From: a virus
Lineage: Duplodnaviria; Heunggongvirae; Uroviricota; Caudoviricetes
DNA length: 30,702 nt
Reading direction: 5' to 3' (one strand)
IMG/VR virus record: IMGVR_UViG_3300022468_000539
Coordinates: 1 to 30,702 of that record
Shown here piece after piece: positions 1 to 8,181 of this stretch. Positions within the stretch are counted from its first letter, which is position 1. The number at the start of each line of letters is the position of its first letter. A program made the position numbers and the translations under genes. The notes under the pieces are model-generated. The model searched no databases. It saw nothing but the letters and a program-made list of their open reading frames with translations, and was not told the DNA's origin.

Positions 1-15
1 ATATAAAGTTACTGA

Positions 16-2046
16 TTAAAATACCACGCGAACCACTCGCGAAAACTTACCATTTACCTTCACCAACACCGAGTTACGAATTGTACTCGAAAAACCGACT
101 CCAGACAATTGCTTTTCAGCTTTTTCTGTCTTTAGCTTAGAACCCACCATTTCCAAAGCCTTACGATGTGGTTTCAAGTCATCACGCAAGAATTCGTTAT
201 AGAATCCACGTGCTGTGTCTTCATTCGCACATCCTTCAATCATGAAGAAATAGTGTTTGTTACCAAAACTTTTTTCGTCCCAGAAGTTAGGTGAGTGCAT
301 CACCACATTCACAGGGACAAATGTGTTTGTCGCCACACCCCAAATTTGCTTGCTTGGGCCACCAGAAACGCTACTCTTCATGACAGGTTCGACACGAATA
401 CCGTTTTTGTCTTTGATGATCTTTGCAATTTCAACAGTGGAACCATGTCCAATCACGTTATTGGTTTCAAAGTGATGTACTTCACCAAAAAGGTCAATTT
501 CCACTTGGAAACCAGCACCTTTAGATCGGCGTGAAAAGTTATAAACCTTCAGCGAATATGTGCCATTTTTCATACGGGAAACACGTTCATAGAAAATGTT
601 TTCCACCGGATGATCCATCATTCCAGAACCACCGTTAGCATCCACATCCAATTTACCACCATTACTAGAAAGACTGTGGCGTGTCATGTAGTAGATGTGT
701 CCATCTGGTTCATACATATGGAAATCCAGATCGTCGGTATAATCCCAAGCCAAACGGCAGCACAATTCACCAGTCACGTTACCACCTGCAGCCTTGACTT
801 TTTCCTTGATGGAATCAGTCAGATCACCAGTGTAAGACCAAGAGAAATCATTACCCCACTTGAATAGAGGGTTTGCACTTGCGTTCTGTGGAGCAATCAA
901 GCTAACAAAGTTGCCAGCATGCTTGTTTTCCACCATGATTTCAATCGAATCTGCCTTTGGCAAAATGTCAGCAAGGAACTTTTCAATCCCGACTTCATCA
1001 ACCTTATCCAACTTCTTAGGGTTGGTCTGCACAGACGCTGCGAGTTGATCGAACACATCACCAGACATGACAGACTTTGCGTTACGGTTGGCGTACAGCA
1101 CGTTGTTGATGGTAATGTCATCCAGAACCGCATATCGACGTTCCAGAGCAGAAGTCAATCCCAATTCAGTAATACTCTTCTTTGCATTTTCAATCATCTG
1201 CTTTGTCACCAAAGCAGTAGAGCGTCGATAGTTTATAGGTGCAACCATCAATTCATAGCTGCGAACTGCACTTTCCAGTTCTTCATCTTTTGATAGTGCA
1301 TCCACCAGTTTACCAATGGATGTGTTGCGGAAGCCGCTAACGGAGCCCGGAATAGTTGCAATATTTTCCCAAACATATGTAGCTTTCTTTGCAGCCGACA
1401 ACTTATCCCACTTCTTCTTCATCTTCAAGAATTCGGTGACTTGGAACTTCATTTCGTCGCCACGATACAGAGAACCGTTTGCAATCAAATCCAAAACAGT
1501 ATCTGCCGCATCTTCTGTCAATTCATTCAATGCACGAGTAGTGGTTTGTACAGATGTACGCACTGCACCAAGCATGGTTCCAATCTGGTCGCTACGCACA
1601 ACATATTGGGCAGGAATCATCACGTGGAAGTGATCCCACTGAGCAGCACCACCACCGACCATGGCAGAGAAATTCTTTTCTGTACCCGCAGAACGTTCGT
1701 AATGCAAGAATTTGTCGGTGACTGGTTTGCTCTTCACGTAAGATGCCAATGCATCTGCTACGACTTGGTAAGCAGGTTCACCGGCTACAACACAATCCCA
1801 GATGGTTTCAACAACACCGTCTTTAACGGTTACTACGTTACCCACAGCACGAATGAACTGCTTGCAGCAATTGCAATCATGTTCGGTGCGATTTTTGTAG
1901 ATTGGGTTGGTACCGTCTGGGAATGCGCCCAAATAGGTATCCCAGATTTCAGTTTTATCTGTGGCGGTGACAAACAAGTTGCCTGTCTTAGCCATCTTGT
2001 CAAATTGCTTTTGTACCGCATTGCGGAACTTTTTAAAATCCATCAT
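16..2046 (-). CDS. Large conserved phage protein (676 aa) with N-terminal HDCNCC motif and C-terminal YfaP/DUF2135-like segment
   Basis: Long ORF with AAAGGT RBS upstream. HDCNCCKQF possible metal site. LAWDYTDDLDFHMYEP...LDVDANGG...ENI resembles the YfaP/DUF2135 DLDLH-x-EP signature. Function unknown. Confidence 0.75.
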   Translation of the reverse strand: MMDFKKFRNAVQKQFDKMAKTGNLFVTATDKTEIWDTYLGAFPDGTNPIYKNRTEHDCNCCKQFIRAVGNVVTVKDGVVETIWDCVVAGEPAYQVVADALASYVKSKPVTDKFLHYERSAGTEKNFSAMVGGGAAQWDHFHVMIPAQYVVRSDQIGTMLGAVRTSVQTTTRALNELTEDAADTVLDLIANGSLYRGDEMKFQVTEFLKMKKKWDKLSAAKKATYVWENIATIPGSVSGFRNTSIGKLVDALSKDEELESAVRSYELMVAPINYRRSTALVTKQMIENAKKSITELGLTSALERRYAVLDDITINNVLYANRNAKSVMSGDVFDQLAASVQTNPKKLDKVDEVGIEKFLADILPKADSIEIMVENKHAGNFVSLIAPQNASANPLFKWGNDFSWSYTGDLTDSIKEKVKAAGGNVTGELCCRLAWDYTDDLDFHMYEPDGHIYYMTRHSLSSNGGKLDVDANGGSGMMDHPVENIFYERVSRMKNGTYSLKVYNFSRRSKGAGFQVEIDLFGEVHHFETNNVIGHGSTVEIAKIIKDKNGIRVEPVMKSSVSGGPSKQIWGVATNTFVPVNVVMHSPNFWDEKSFGNKHYFFMIEGCANEDTARGFYNEFLRDDLKPHRKALEMVGSKLKTEKAEKQLSGVGFSSTIRNSVLVKVNGKFSRVVRVVF

Positions 2047-2054
2047 AAAATTTA

Positions 2055-2086
2055 CCTTTCAAGTTTCGGAGATTTGTATTATATCA
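2055..2086 (-). promoter_or_regulatory. Extended -10 promoter (TGa-TATAAT) with downstream CGAAAC element
   Basis: Minus strand reads tgaTATAATacaaatctcCGAAACttgaaaggt upstream of the 676-aa ORF; -10 at 2083-2078. Confidence 0.55.
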
Positions 2087-2122
2087 TGGCTTAGTAACCA
2101 CGAATCTAATTTTTAAAGACTG

Positions 2123-2929
2123 TCAAATAAAAAGAAACTTCACACGCTGCTCTTCAGTCACTGCTTCCAGCTTTTCTGCAGCCAGTTCCACGTTTTCAAC
2201 ACGTGTGCGTACCGTCATATTGTTTGGATCGGGCCGAAATTTCTCTGGAATGTTTGCCAATTCTGCATCAGACAATTTTACCATAGAAGTGACACGCCGA
2301 GCAAAAATACCTTGCTTAAAGTGAGTTGGATAGTCATTCCACTCGATATCTTTTTCTCTCAGCATCTTCAGCTTTGTGTTATGCCCTTTACCCTGCAGTT
2401 CTTTGTGACTGTAGTATGTACTTGCAGCCATAGTCACCGAATTGCGGATTGCGTCTGTTTCTCGCCACATCAAATTTTCTGCAGCCAGTTCTAATGACTC
2501 GTATTGCATTACACGTGCGTCAAATGTGGGCGTTAGTTCCCACTTGTCTTCAGGCAAATTGCGCACCGATTGTTTGAAAAATTCAACAGATGCAAATGCT
2601 GCAAAGCTGGACAAAATCTTGGAGACTTTGCCACCAAAGATCATTTGTGTGTTTGTGTCGAGTGTTTGGTTGGCAAACGCCAGCGTAATTTCATCGGATT
2701 GGGTATAGCCCACAGTTGGATGGAATTCTTTCACCAGCGCCTTCATAGTGGCTTCCATGGCGCGACTCATACCCGCATCATATGGTCGAGCAAGACCACG
2801 TGTATATGTGTGAAACGAGCGACCATCAAGGCGCACGACAAATGGTAAACCCTCTTTCAGAGTCTCCTGAAAGAGTTTTTCAAATGCCTTGTGCTTATCG
2901 CCAAGGGCTTCAAAATCAGTTGGATTCAT
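2123..2929 (-). CDS. thg1: tRNA-His guanylyltransferase-like protein (Thg1/TLP, 3'-5' polymerase)
   Basis: VVRLDGRSFH, YTQSDEIT (catalytic D, D-E), FDARV, WRETDAIRNS and FKQG motifs of the Thg1 family. Confidence 0.92.
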   Translation of the reverse strand: MNPTDFEALGDKHKAFEKLFQETLKEGLPFVVRLDGRSFHTYTRGLARPYDAGMSRAMEATMKALVKEFHPTVGYTQSDEITLAFANQTLDTNTQMIFGGKVSKILSSFAAFASVEFFKQSVRNLPEDKWELTPTFDARVMQYESLELAAENLMWRETDAIRNSVTMAASTYYSHKELQGKGHNTKLKMLREKDIEWNDYPTHFKQGIFARRVTSMVKLSDAELANIPEKFRPDPNNMTVRTRVENVELAAEKLEAVTEEQRVKFLFI

Positions 2930-3418
2930 TTACTTTACCTTTACAAGAACACGAAGGTGCAGAGCTTGAATGTTGTAGCCACCTGCACGGATGGTTTCGA
3001 TTGTAACACACTTATTACCCGCATCGGTGTGAACAATGAAAATACCGTTGAAACCGTCGCGACTGTGGGTGAATTCTTCGCTGATCACTTCTTTGACACC
3101 AGCTTTTGCCAACTTTGTAGCAATGCTTGCGTTACGCTTATCAGCGATTGCCTTGCAGTTCTTTACAACAAACTCTTCGATTTGTGTAGCACTGCTGCGG
3201 GAAAAGAGGGTGTACCAAGTCTTGCCACCGGCAATGGCAAAGAGTTTGTCGTAAACACCACCCCATGCACCTTTCTTGTTTAGCTCTGTGTACTCTTCTG
3301 TTTGCTTGAATTCCTTCAGAGCCTGTACACGACCAATAGCCCACTGCTTAGAGGATTGCAGAACTTCAGCATCCAGATCAGCAAAGAGTTCATTCAGTTT
3401 TGCGGAGAGTTGAATCAT
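2930..3418 (-). CDS. Hypothetical phage protein (~162 aa)
   Basis: Start reassigned to ATG at 3418 (MIQLSAK) because it follows a GAGG RBS and the promoter lies inside the longer called ORF. Its stop abuts the thg1 start. Confidence 0.75.
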   Translation of the reverse strand: MIQLSAKLNELFADLDAEVLQSSKQWAIGRVQALKEFKQTEEYTELNKKGAWGGVYDKLFAIAGGKTWYTLFSRSSATQIEEFVVKNCKAIADKRNASIATKLAKAGVKEVISEEFTHSRDGFNGIFIVHTDAGNKCVTIETIRAGGYNIQALHLRVLVKVK

Positions 3419-3433
3419 TTGGAGCCTCTTTTG

Positions 3434-3459
3434 TGTTTCGATGGATGAATTATAACACA
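3434..3459 (-). promoter_or_regulatory. Early-type promoter TGTGT-TATAAT-TCATCCATCGAAACA
   Basis: Extended -10. The 21 nt TATAATTCATCCATCGAAACA are identical to 24096-24116 (+). Confidence 0.7.
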
Positions 3460-3467
3460 ACTTTCCA

Positions 3468-3474
3468 TTAAATA
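3468..3474 (+). promoter_or_regulatory. T4-type late promoter-like TTAAATA
   Basis: Variant of the T4 late consensus TATAAATA, 22 nt upstream of the ATG at 3497, followed by a GAGG RBS. Confidence 0.55.
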
Positions 3475-3496
3475 GAGAAAGTTTAGAGGAAAAAAT

Positions 3497-4114
3497 ATGA
3501 ATGTCACAGAAGCAGTTGTTTTAGTTGTAGAACAAGAAAATTTTAAAAAGTGGTTTGGTAAATCTACATTACACCAAGATGGTAAACCACACACTTTTTA
3601 TCACGGAACATCATCCGATTTCTCAGAATTTAAATCTGGCACAGGTAATCAGTGGGGTAAAGGTCTATATTTTATTCGATCCCCAAAAATTGCCAGTGAT
3701 TATGCATCTGGTACAACCTCTGGGTCGCATGCACGTATAGCACCTTCTGGAAATGCTGCTCCTAATGTAGTTCCCGTGCATCTAAGAATGGAAAAACCTT
3801 TCGTAATGGATGCACCATTAGAGGCATCGACTGTTACGAAAGTAAAAAAACACTTAGGTGATGGTGGTAAAGATTTAAAAGATCATCTATGGCAGGGTAT
3901 GAAGAATAGGGATTTACACCAAGTTTTACACCAGCAGTTTCTACCCAATGTAGATGCTGCTAATGACGTTATACAAAAATCTGGCTTTGATGGTATTAAA
4001 GAAAAACATGATGACTCTATTCATATGGTTTTTCACCCAAATCAAGTCAAATCAGCAATTGGAAATAATGGCAACTATTCAAAAACATCAAACAACATTA
4101 ATGAGTCTATCTAA
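3497..4114 (+). CDS. Stand-alone ADP-ribosyltransferase-like domain (ART-PolyVal type)
   Basis: ENFKKWFGKS...DGKPHTFYHGT, GKGLYF, VVPVHL...P, GFDG, MVFHPNQVKSAIGNNG: the pattern of the ART-PolyVal domain. Confidence 0.75.
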   Translation: MNVTEAVVLVVEQENFKKWFGKSTLHQDGKPHTFYHGTSSDFSEFKSGTGNQWGKGLYFIRSPKIASDYASGTTSGSHARIAPSGNAAPNVVPVHLRMEKPFVMDAPLEASTVTKVKKHLGDGGKDLKDHLWQGMKNRDLHQVLHQQFLPNVDAANDVIQKSGFDGIKEKHDDSIHMVFHPNQVKSAIGNNGNYSKTSNNINESI

Positions 4115-4614
4115 TGTCAATTCAACAAGATTACAACTCACTAAAAACGAATGCGTTTAACTTTGTGTTGTCTCGCATACCAGAGACTGCATTTAGGGTT
4201 CAGGCATGCAATTTGCCTTCTGTGTACATTCCGACACCGGAGGAAAATCCGCCCGGCATCCTGCAATCGTGGTCTGGTACCGACAGTCGATTTGAGGAAC
4301 TTACCATCAAATTCATTGTTGATGAAAATTTACGCAACTATCGTGAACTTTACAACTGGATAACCATGCAGCGATATGCAGCACGTACCAACGAAGTTGC
4401 TCCCCAATTTCTGGAATCAGAACTGTATAGTGACGGTGCTTTGATTACTCTGACGAATGCAAGTAATCCAAACATTGTATTTTCATTCAAAAACCTTTTT
4501 CCAATTAGCATCAGCGAATTATCTTTTGACACTACAACACCGGTATCTCAAATAACGTGTCAAGTCGTTTTCAGATACTCATATTTCACCATGGGTGAAG
4601 AAGTTGCTGGTTAA
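4114..4614 (+). CDS. gp3: Tail completion / tail tube terminator protein (T4 gp3-like)
   Basis: N-x-F, VQACNLPSVYIP, FEELTIKFIVDENLRNYRELYNW, FKNLFPISISELSF and F-x-YSYF match T4 gp3; adjacent to gp2. Confidence 0.85.
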   Translation: MSIQQDYNSLKTNAFNFVLSRIPETAFRVQACNLPSVYIPTPEENPPGILQSWSGTDSRFEELTIKFIVDENLRNYRELYNWITMQRYAARTNEVAPQFLESELYSDGALITLTNASNPNIVFSFKNLFPISISELSFDTTTPVSQITCQVVFRYSYFTMGEEVAG

Positions 4615-4617
4615 ATA
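4611..4617 (+). promoter_or_regulatory. Late promoter-like TTAAATA overlapping the gp3 stop codon
   Basis: TTAAATA just upstream of the gp2 start. Confidence 0.5.
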
Positions 4618-4622
4618 CCTTA

Positions 4623-5246
4623 ATGATTAAACAAAAAGTTAAAGCCCAACCACATTCAATTTTAGACCTAGTTCGTCAAGACCCTAGGTTTAATCAGACA
4701 CGTTCTGTGGATTGGTTTAAGCAGAAAATTACACAATTGGGTGGTAACTCACCATCCGCAAAAACTGATCTGTTGGCAGAGACAAAGCATTTGCAGACGC
4801 AGATGTTTTTGCCGGGCGCGATGCACATGTTCGCCTACGATCCAAAATACAAAGAAGAATTACCTTTCTACGATAAGTTTCCTTTGGCCCTGATTTTCAG
4901 CGTCGAAGGTGATTTAGTTCGCGGTATTAACTTTCACTATCTACCCTACGTTCTGAGAGCTAGACTTTTTGACAAGATGTGGCAGATCGCATCGAAGTAT
5001 CACAACAACAAACAACAGGTCATGCGTCTTAACTGGAAACTGCTTGGTAATATTTCCAAGTTCCCAGAGGTTCAACCTGCTGTTAAAAGCTACCTGTATA
5101 GTCATGTTCGCTCACGGATTATTAAGGTACCAGTCGAAGATTGGAAAACTGCAATCTTCTTACCTACAGAGACTTTTGCTAAAAAATCGCAGGCTTATGT
5201 TGCACGTGATTCTGGTCAGCAAATTCGCAGACTCACTAACCGTTAA
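4623..5246 (+). CDS. gp2: DNA end protector protein (T4 gp2-like)
   Basis: PGAMHMFAYDPKYKEELPFYDKFPL, GINFHYLP, VKSYLYSHVRS and W-x-x-AIFLP match T4 gp2. Confidence 0.92.
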   Translation: MIKQKVKAQPHSILDLVRQDPRFNQTRSVDWFKQKITQLGGNSPSAKTDLLAETKHLQTQMFLPGAMHMFAYDPKYKEELPFYDKFPLALIFSVEGDLVRGINFHYLPYVLRARLFDKMWQIASKYHNNKQQVMRLNWKLLGNISKFPEVQPAVKSYLYSHVRSRIIKVPVEDWKTAIFLPTETFAKKSQAYVARDSGQQIRRLTNR

Positions 5247-5249
5247 ATA
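5243..5249 (+). promoter_or_regulatory. Late promoter-like TTAAATA overlapping the gp2 stop codon
   Basis: Lies upstream of the 232-aa ORF, followed by the leader cagggaacaaataaaATG. Confidence 0.55.
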
Positions 5250-5272
5250 TAGACTTTCAGGGAACAAATAAA

Positions 5273-5971
5273 ATGGGAACAGCATACCTAACAGAACTCA
5301 ATTCACTCATTTCAGGTGAAGATCAAGTAAACAACTGGCTTCAAGTAGCCAACGGTGCATCAGCGTATCAATACGTGCGCGGCGCTGTTTTGGGTGATAC
5401 CACTACATATGGTGCTATTAACGGCTCCAATGGCGTTTTAATCGGTACTGCAGGTGCTGCCGGTGACTATCTTGCCCAACTGACTGCTATCGTCGCTACG
5501 TCTGCACAATCACGAATTGCACTTCAGGATGTTGCTTCAGTGTCTTACACATCGTCAGGTACAGGAACTGCATTTACTTCGGCAACTGCAATCAACTTTG
5601 GTGTTACCGCAGCACAAACAACTGCTCAACTGGCTGCTATGGTTGGGCAATTTTTGATCTGCACTGCAACAGTTTCTGGTGTGAGTGTTTTGGTTGCACG
5701 GAAAATTACTGCCGCAGTTGCGGGGCCAGGTACAACTCCCAACTTTAACGTGACACTGACTGTTGATACTCTTACCGTTAATGGTGTTGCTGCTACCGCA
5801 ATCGACACAACTGCAGGTAGAGCATTTATCAGCCCATTGATTGAAATTCTGCCAGCGTCTGCACCAGTCGGGCCTATCACCATCCCACTAAACATCAAAT
5901 CCAAATATGCTGGTTTCCGTGTTTTTGCTGACTCTGGCGTGTCTGTTATCGCAACTGGAAGATTCGCCTAA
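5273..5971 (+). CDS. Probable virion structural/tail-associated beta-rich protein (232 aa)
   Basis: Ala/Thr/Gly/Val-rich with a late promoter, translationally coupled (TAATG) to the next gene. GAAGDYL...VSVIATGRF resembles a small phage beta-sandwich family (from recall). Confidence 0.6.
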   Translation: MGTAYLTELNSLISGEDQVNNWLQVANGASAYQYVRGAVLGDTTTYGAINGSNGVLIGTAGAAGDYLAQLTAIVATSAQSRIALQDVASVSYTSSGTGTAFTSATAINFGVTAAQTTAQLAAMVGQFLICTATVSGVSVLVARKITAAVAGPGTTPNFNVTLTVDTLTVNGVAATAIDTTAGRAFISPLIEILPASAPVGPITIPLNIKSKYAGFRVFADSGVSVIATGRFA

Positions 5972-8181
5972 TGCCTAAATTAACAGCAGCTAACGGGATT
6001 TTATATCTCGATGGTGATGTATGTGATCATATTGGTTTCAACTACTATTCCGCAATGGAAAAGGAGTGGTCTAATCTCGCATATGACAATGGATACAGAT
6101 ATAAGGAAGATTTTCCAATTCTGAAAAATCGCGGAATCAAGATCGTCAAAACCATGATGACGCCATTTGATTCCAGTACATATACCAGTGTTGTTGGTAA
6201 CTCACTTACTGCTGTTAATGCTAACTATTACTTAGGAACAGTAAATGGTTCCTATCCTGCATACAGTTACTACAATGGTGTTGATAAATTTTTAGAAACT
6301 GCACTTGATAATGATGTTGGTGTCATTCTGACGTTCAACTGGTTCTATAAAACTATTGCTGACATTTTCGATGCCGGTAATTATTCTAAGTGGAATGATC
6401 CAAATTCTAATTCACGAATTCATTTCAGAATGTTCATGAATGATTTTGTGACTCGTTACACAACAGGTTCAAAGGCAAACTTGGGTGAAGCAATTGCTGG
6501 ATGGTCATTCACCAATGAAGCAGAAGTTATTTTTAATAATTCATCGACATCATCAACTTCATCAGATATCAACTTAGAAGGTTATCTTGGTATATTGTCT
6601 GATGCCAAGAAAATTGTAAAATCACTCGATCCATATGCCCGTATTGTTTGTGCGCAAACAACTGCGCCTATTGTAAATGCTCGTCAAAAAGATGTTAATT
6701 CTGTAAGTTCAATTTTGGCTCGTTATTATGGAAGAATCCATGAAGTTGCAGATGTTGTAGAATTACATACATACCCTGATAATAAGTTCATGGGTGTGAC
6801 TGATTTTGTTGAAAACAAGTACCCCTACAGAATGGGCGCTGTTGCTGGTTTTGAAAGTTTCTTAAAAGAAGCAGTTCGATATGCAGCTAGTATCAGGAAA
6901 CCACTATTCCTTGGTGAATTTGGTGTGTCTCAAAGATTCAATGCAGAAAATTCAGATGTATCTCCACTAGCGGTTACTGTTTCCAGTGTTGCTTCAGGAG
7001 TTTCTGTAATACCTTGCTCGAACACTACTGGAATTTCAGTAGGTATGATTGTTTCATCGTCAAACACTACAAATGGTACTGCTGTGTCTGGTGGAACAGT
7101 TATCACTGCCGTTGTTCCTAACACATCATTCACGATAGCACCCGCAGCAAAAACAACCACACCGACAACACTTTATGTCTATCAAAGTTCGGATACAGAA
7201 GAAAGAATGTTTTCTTCCATGGTGGATTCAATAAAGAAAGCTGGTGTTCAACTTTCCCTTTGCTGGAATTGGAATGAGAGCAAATATGTCTCTTCTCAGA
7301 ACGTTTGGTCAGTATATCCAAATATTGATAGTGCTAGAAACTATCCGACTGGCAATGCATATCACAACACACGATATAAACAGATCGACATTATTGAGCA
7401 AGCAAACAAAACTTCACTGATTGGATCACCATACTCAAATCGGCTGCCTTCGCCACCTAATAGCTTTTTGAGACTTCGTAGGCAAAGCGGATTTTTCCCA
7501 TGTGTCGGTTTGACTGATGTGGCTAAACTACCAAACTTTTGGTCTAGGTTTTCTGCAAATGGTGGAGACTTCACAATCAGTTTTTGGTTCAGACCTAATT
7601 CAATTTCAACCAGTTTCCCAACAATTTGGAGATATGGTAATGATGGTATCAATCAAATAATACTTGCTCAACAACCATTAACAGGTTCTGTTTTACCTAA
7701 TATCTATGCTGAAGGTAAAACTGCTAGTTCTACAACATTATCGACTGCCGGTATGAACAGAGGATTGGTTCAGTATGAGTGGCAGCACATGATCATTTCT
7801 GTTAAGACACATGCTGTAAATAAAAAGCAAACTAAGGTTTATTCACAGGGTGTTTTAGTTTCTCACTCACCATTGGGGAATTACACATTTGGACAACCAA
7901 ATTCATCATCTACACAGGTATGGACAATTGGTACAGGTGGAAACATTGCTAGTAGCATTGCTGATACAAACTTTGATATGGCTAACTTAAATATTTTTGG
8001 TCGAGCAGTCACAGAAAGTGAAGCATATGACATTTATAACGGAGTCGTCCCGACTGATGTTATTGCGAGTTATCCTTTTGACGATACCAATACATATAAT
8101 GATATTTCTGGGAATCAATTCCATTTAGCAACAGGCGCAAATTCTCAGATCGTTACTGCACCAATTAAGACACAAAGATGA
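5971..8181 (+). CDS. GH5-like (clan GH-A) glycoside hydrolase with C-terminal LamG/ConA-like domain
   Basis: LYLDG...IGFNYY; WSFTNE (acid/base E, 6517-6519); HTYP; PLFLGEFG (nucleophile E, 6916-6918); LCWNW. C-terminal FTISFWFRP...WQHMII...VYSQG...IFGRAVTESE is LamG-like. Confidence 0.8.
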   Translation: MPKLTAANGILYLDGDVCDHIGFNYYSAMEKEWSNLAYDNGYRYKEDFPILKNRGIKIVKTMMTPFDSSTYTSVVGNSLTAVNANYYLGTVNGSYPAYSYYNGVDKFLETALDNDVGVILTFNWFYKTIADIFDAGNYSKWNDPNSNSRIHFRMFMNDFVTRYTTGSKANLGEAIAGWSFTNEAEVIFNNSSTSSTSSDINLEGYLGILSDAKKIVKSLDPYARIVCAQTTAPIVNARQKDVNSVSSILARYYGRIHEVADVVELHTYPDNKFMGVTDFVENKYPYRMGAVAGFESFLKEAVRYAASIRKPLFLGEFGVSQRFNAENSDVSPLAVTVSSVASGVSVIPCSNTTGISVGMIVSSSNTTNGTAVSGGTVITAVVPNTSFTIAPAAKTTTPTTLYVYQSSDTEERMFSSMVDSIKKAGVQLSLCWNWNESKYVSSQNVWSVYPNIDSARNYPTGNAYHNTRYKQIDIIEQANKTSLIGSPYSNRLPSPPNSFLRLRRQSGFFPCVGLTDVAKLPNFWSRFSANGGDFTISFWFRPNSISTSFPTIWRYGNDGINQIILAQQPLTGSVLPNIYAEGKTASSTTLSTAGMNRGLVQYEWQHMIISVKTHAVNKKQTKVYSQGVLVSHSPLGNYTFGQPNSSSTQVWTIGTGGNIASSIADTNFDMANLNIFGRAVTESEAYDIYNGVVPTDVIASYPFDDTNTYNDISGNQFHLATGANSQIVTAPIKTQR

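Noticed and set aside
257-2094. Plus-strand ORFs opposite the 676-aa gene (including the 217-aa ORF 1441-2094)
   Set aside because: Antisense shadows of a codon-biased gene; no RBS or motifs.
2121-2126. TTGACA on the minus strand at the thg1 stop
   Set aside because: No -10 at 16-18 nt; the TATAAT is 37 nt away.
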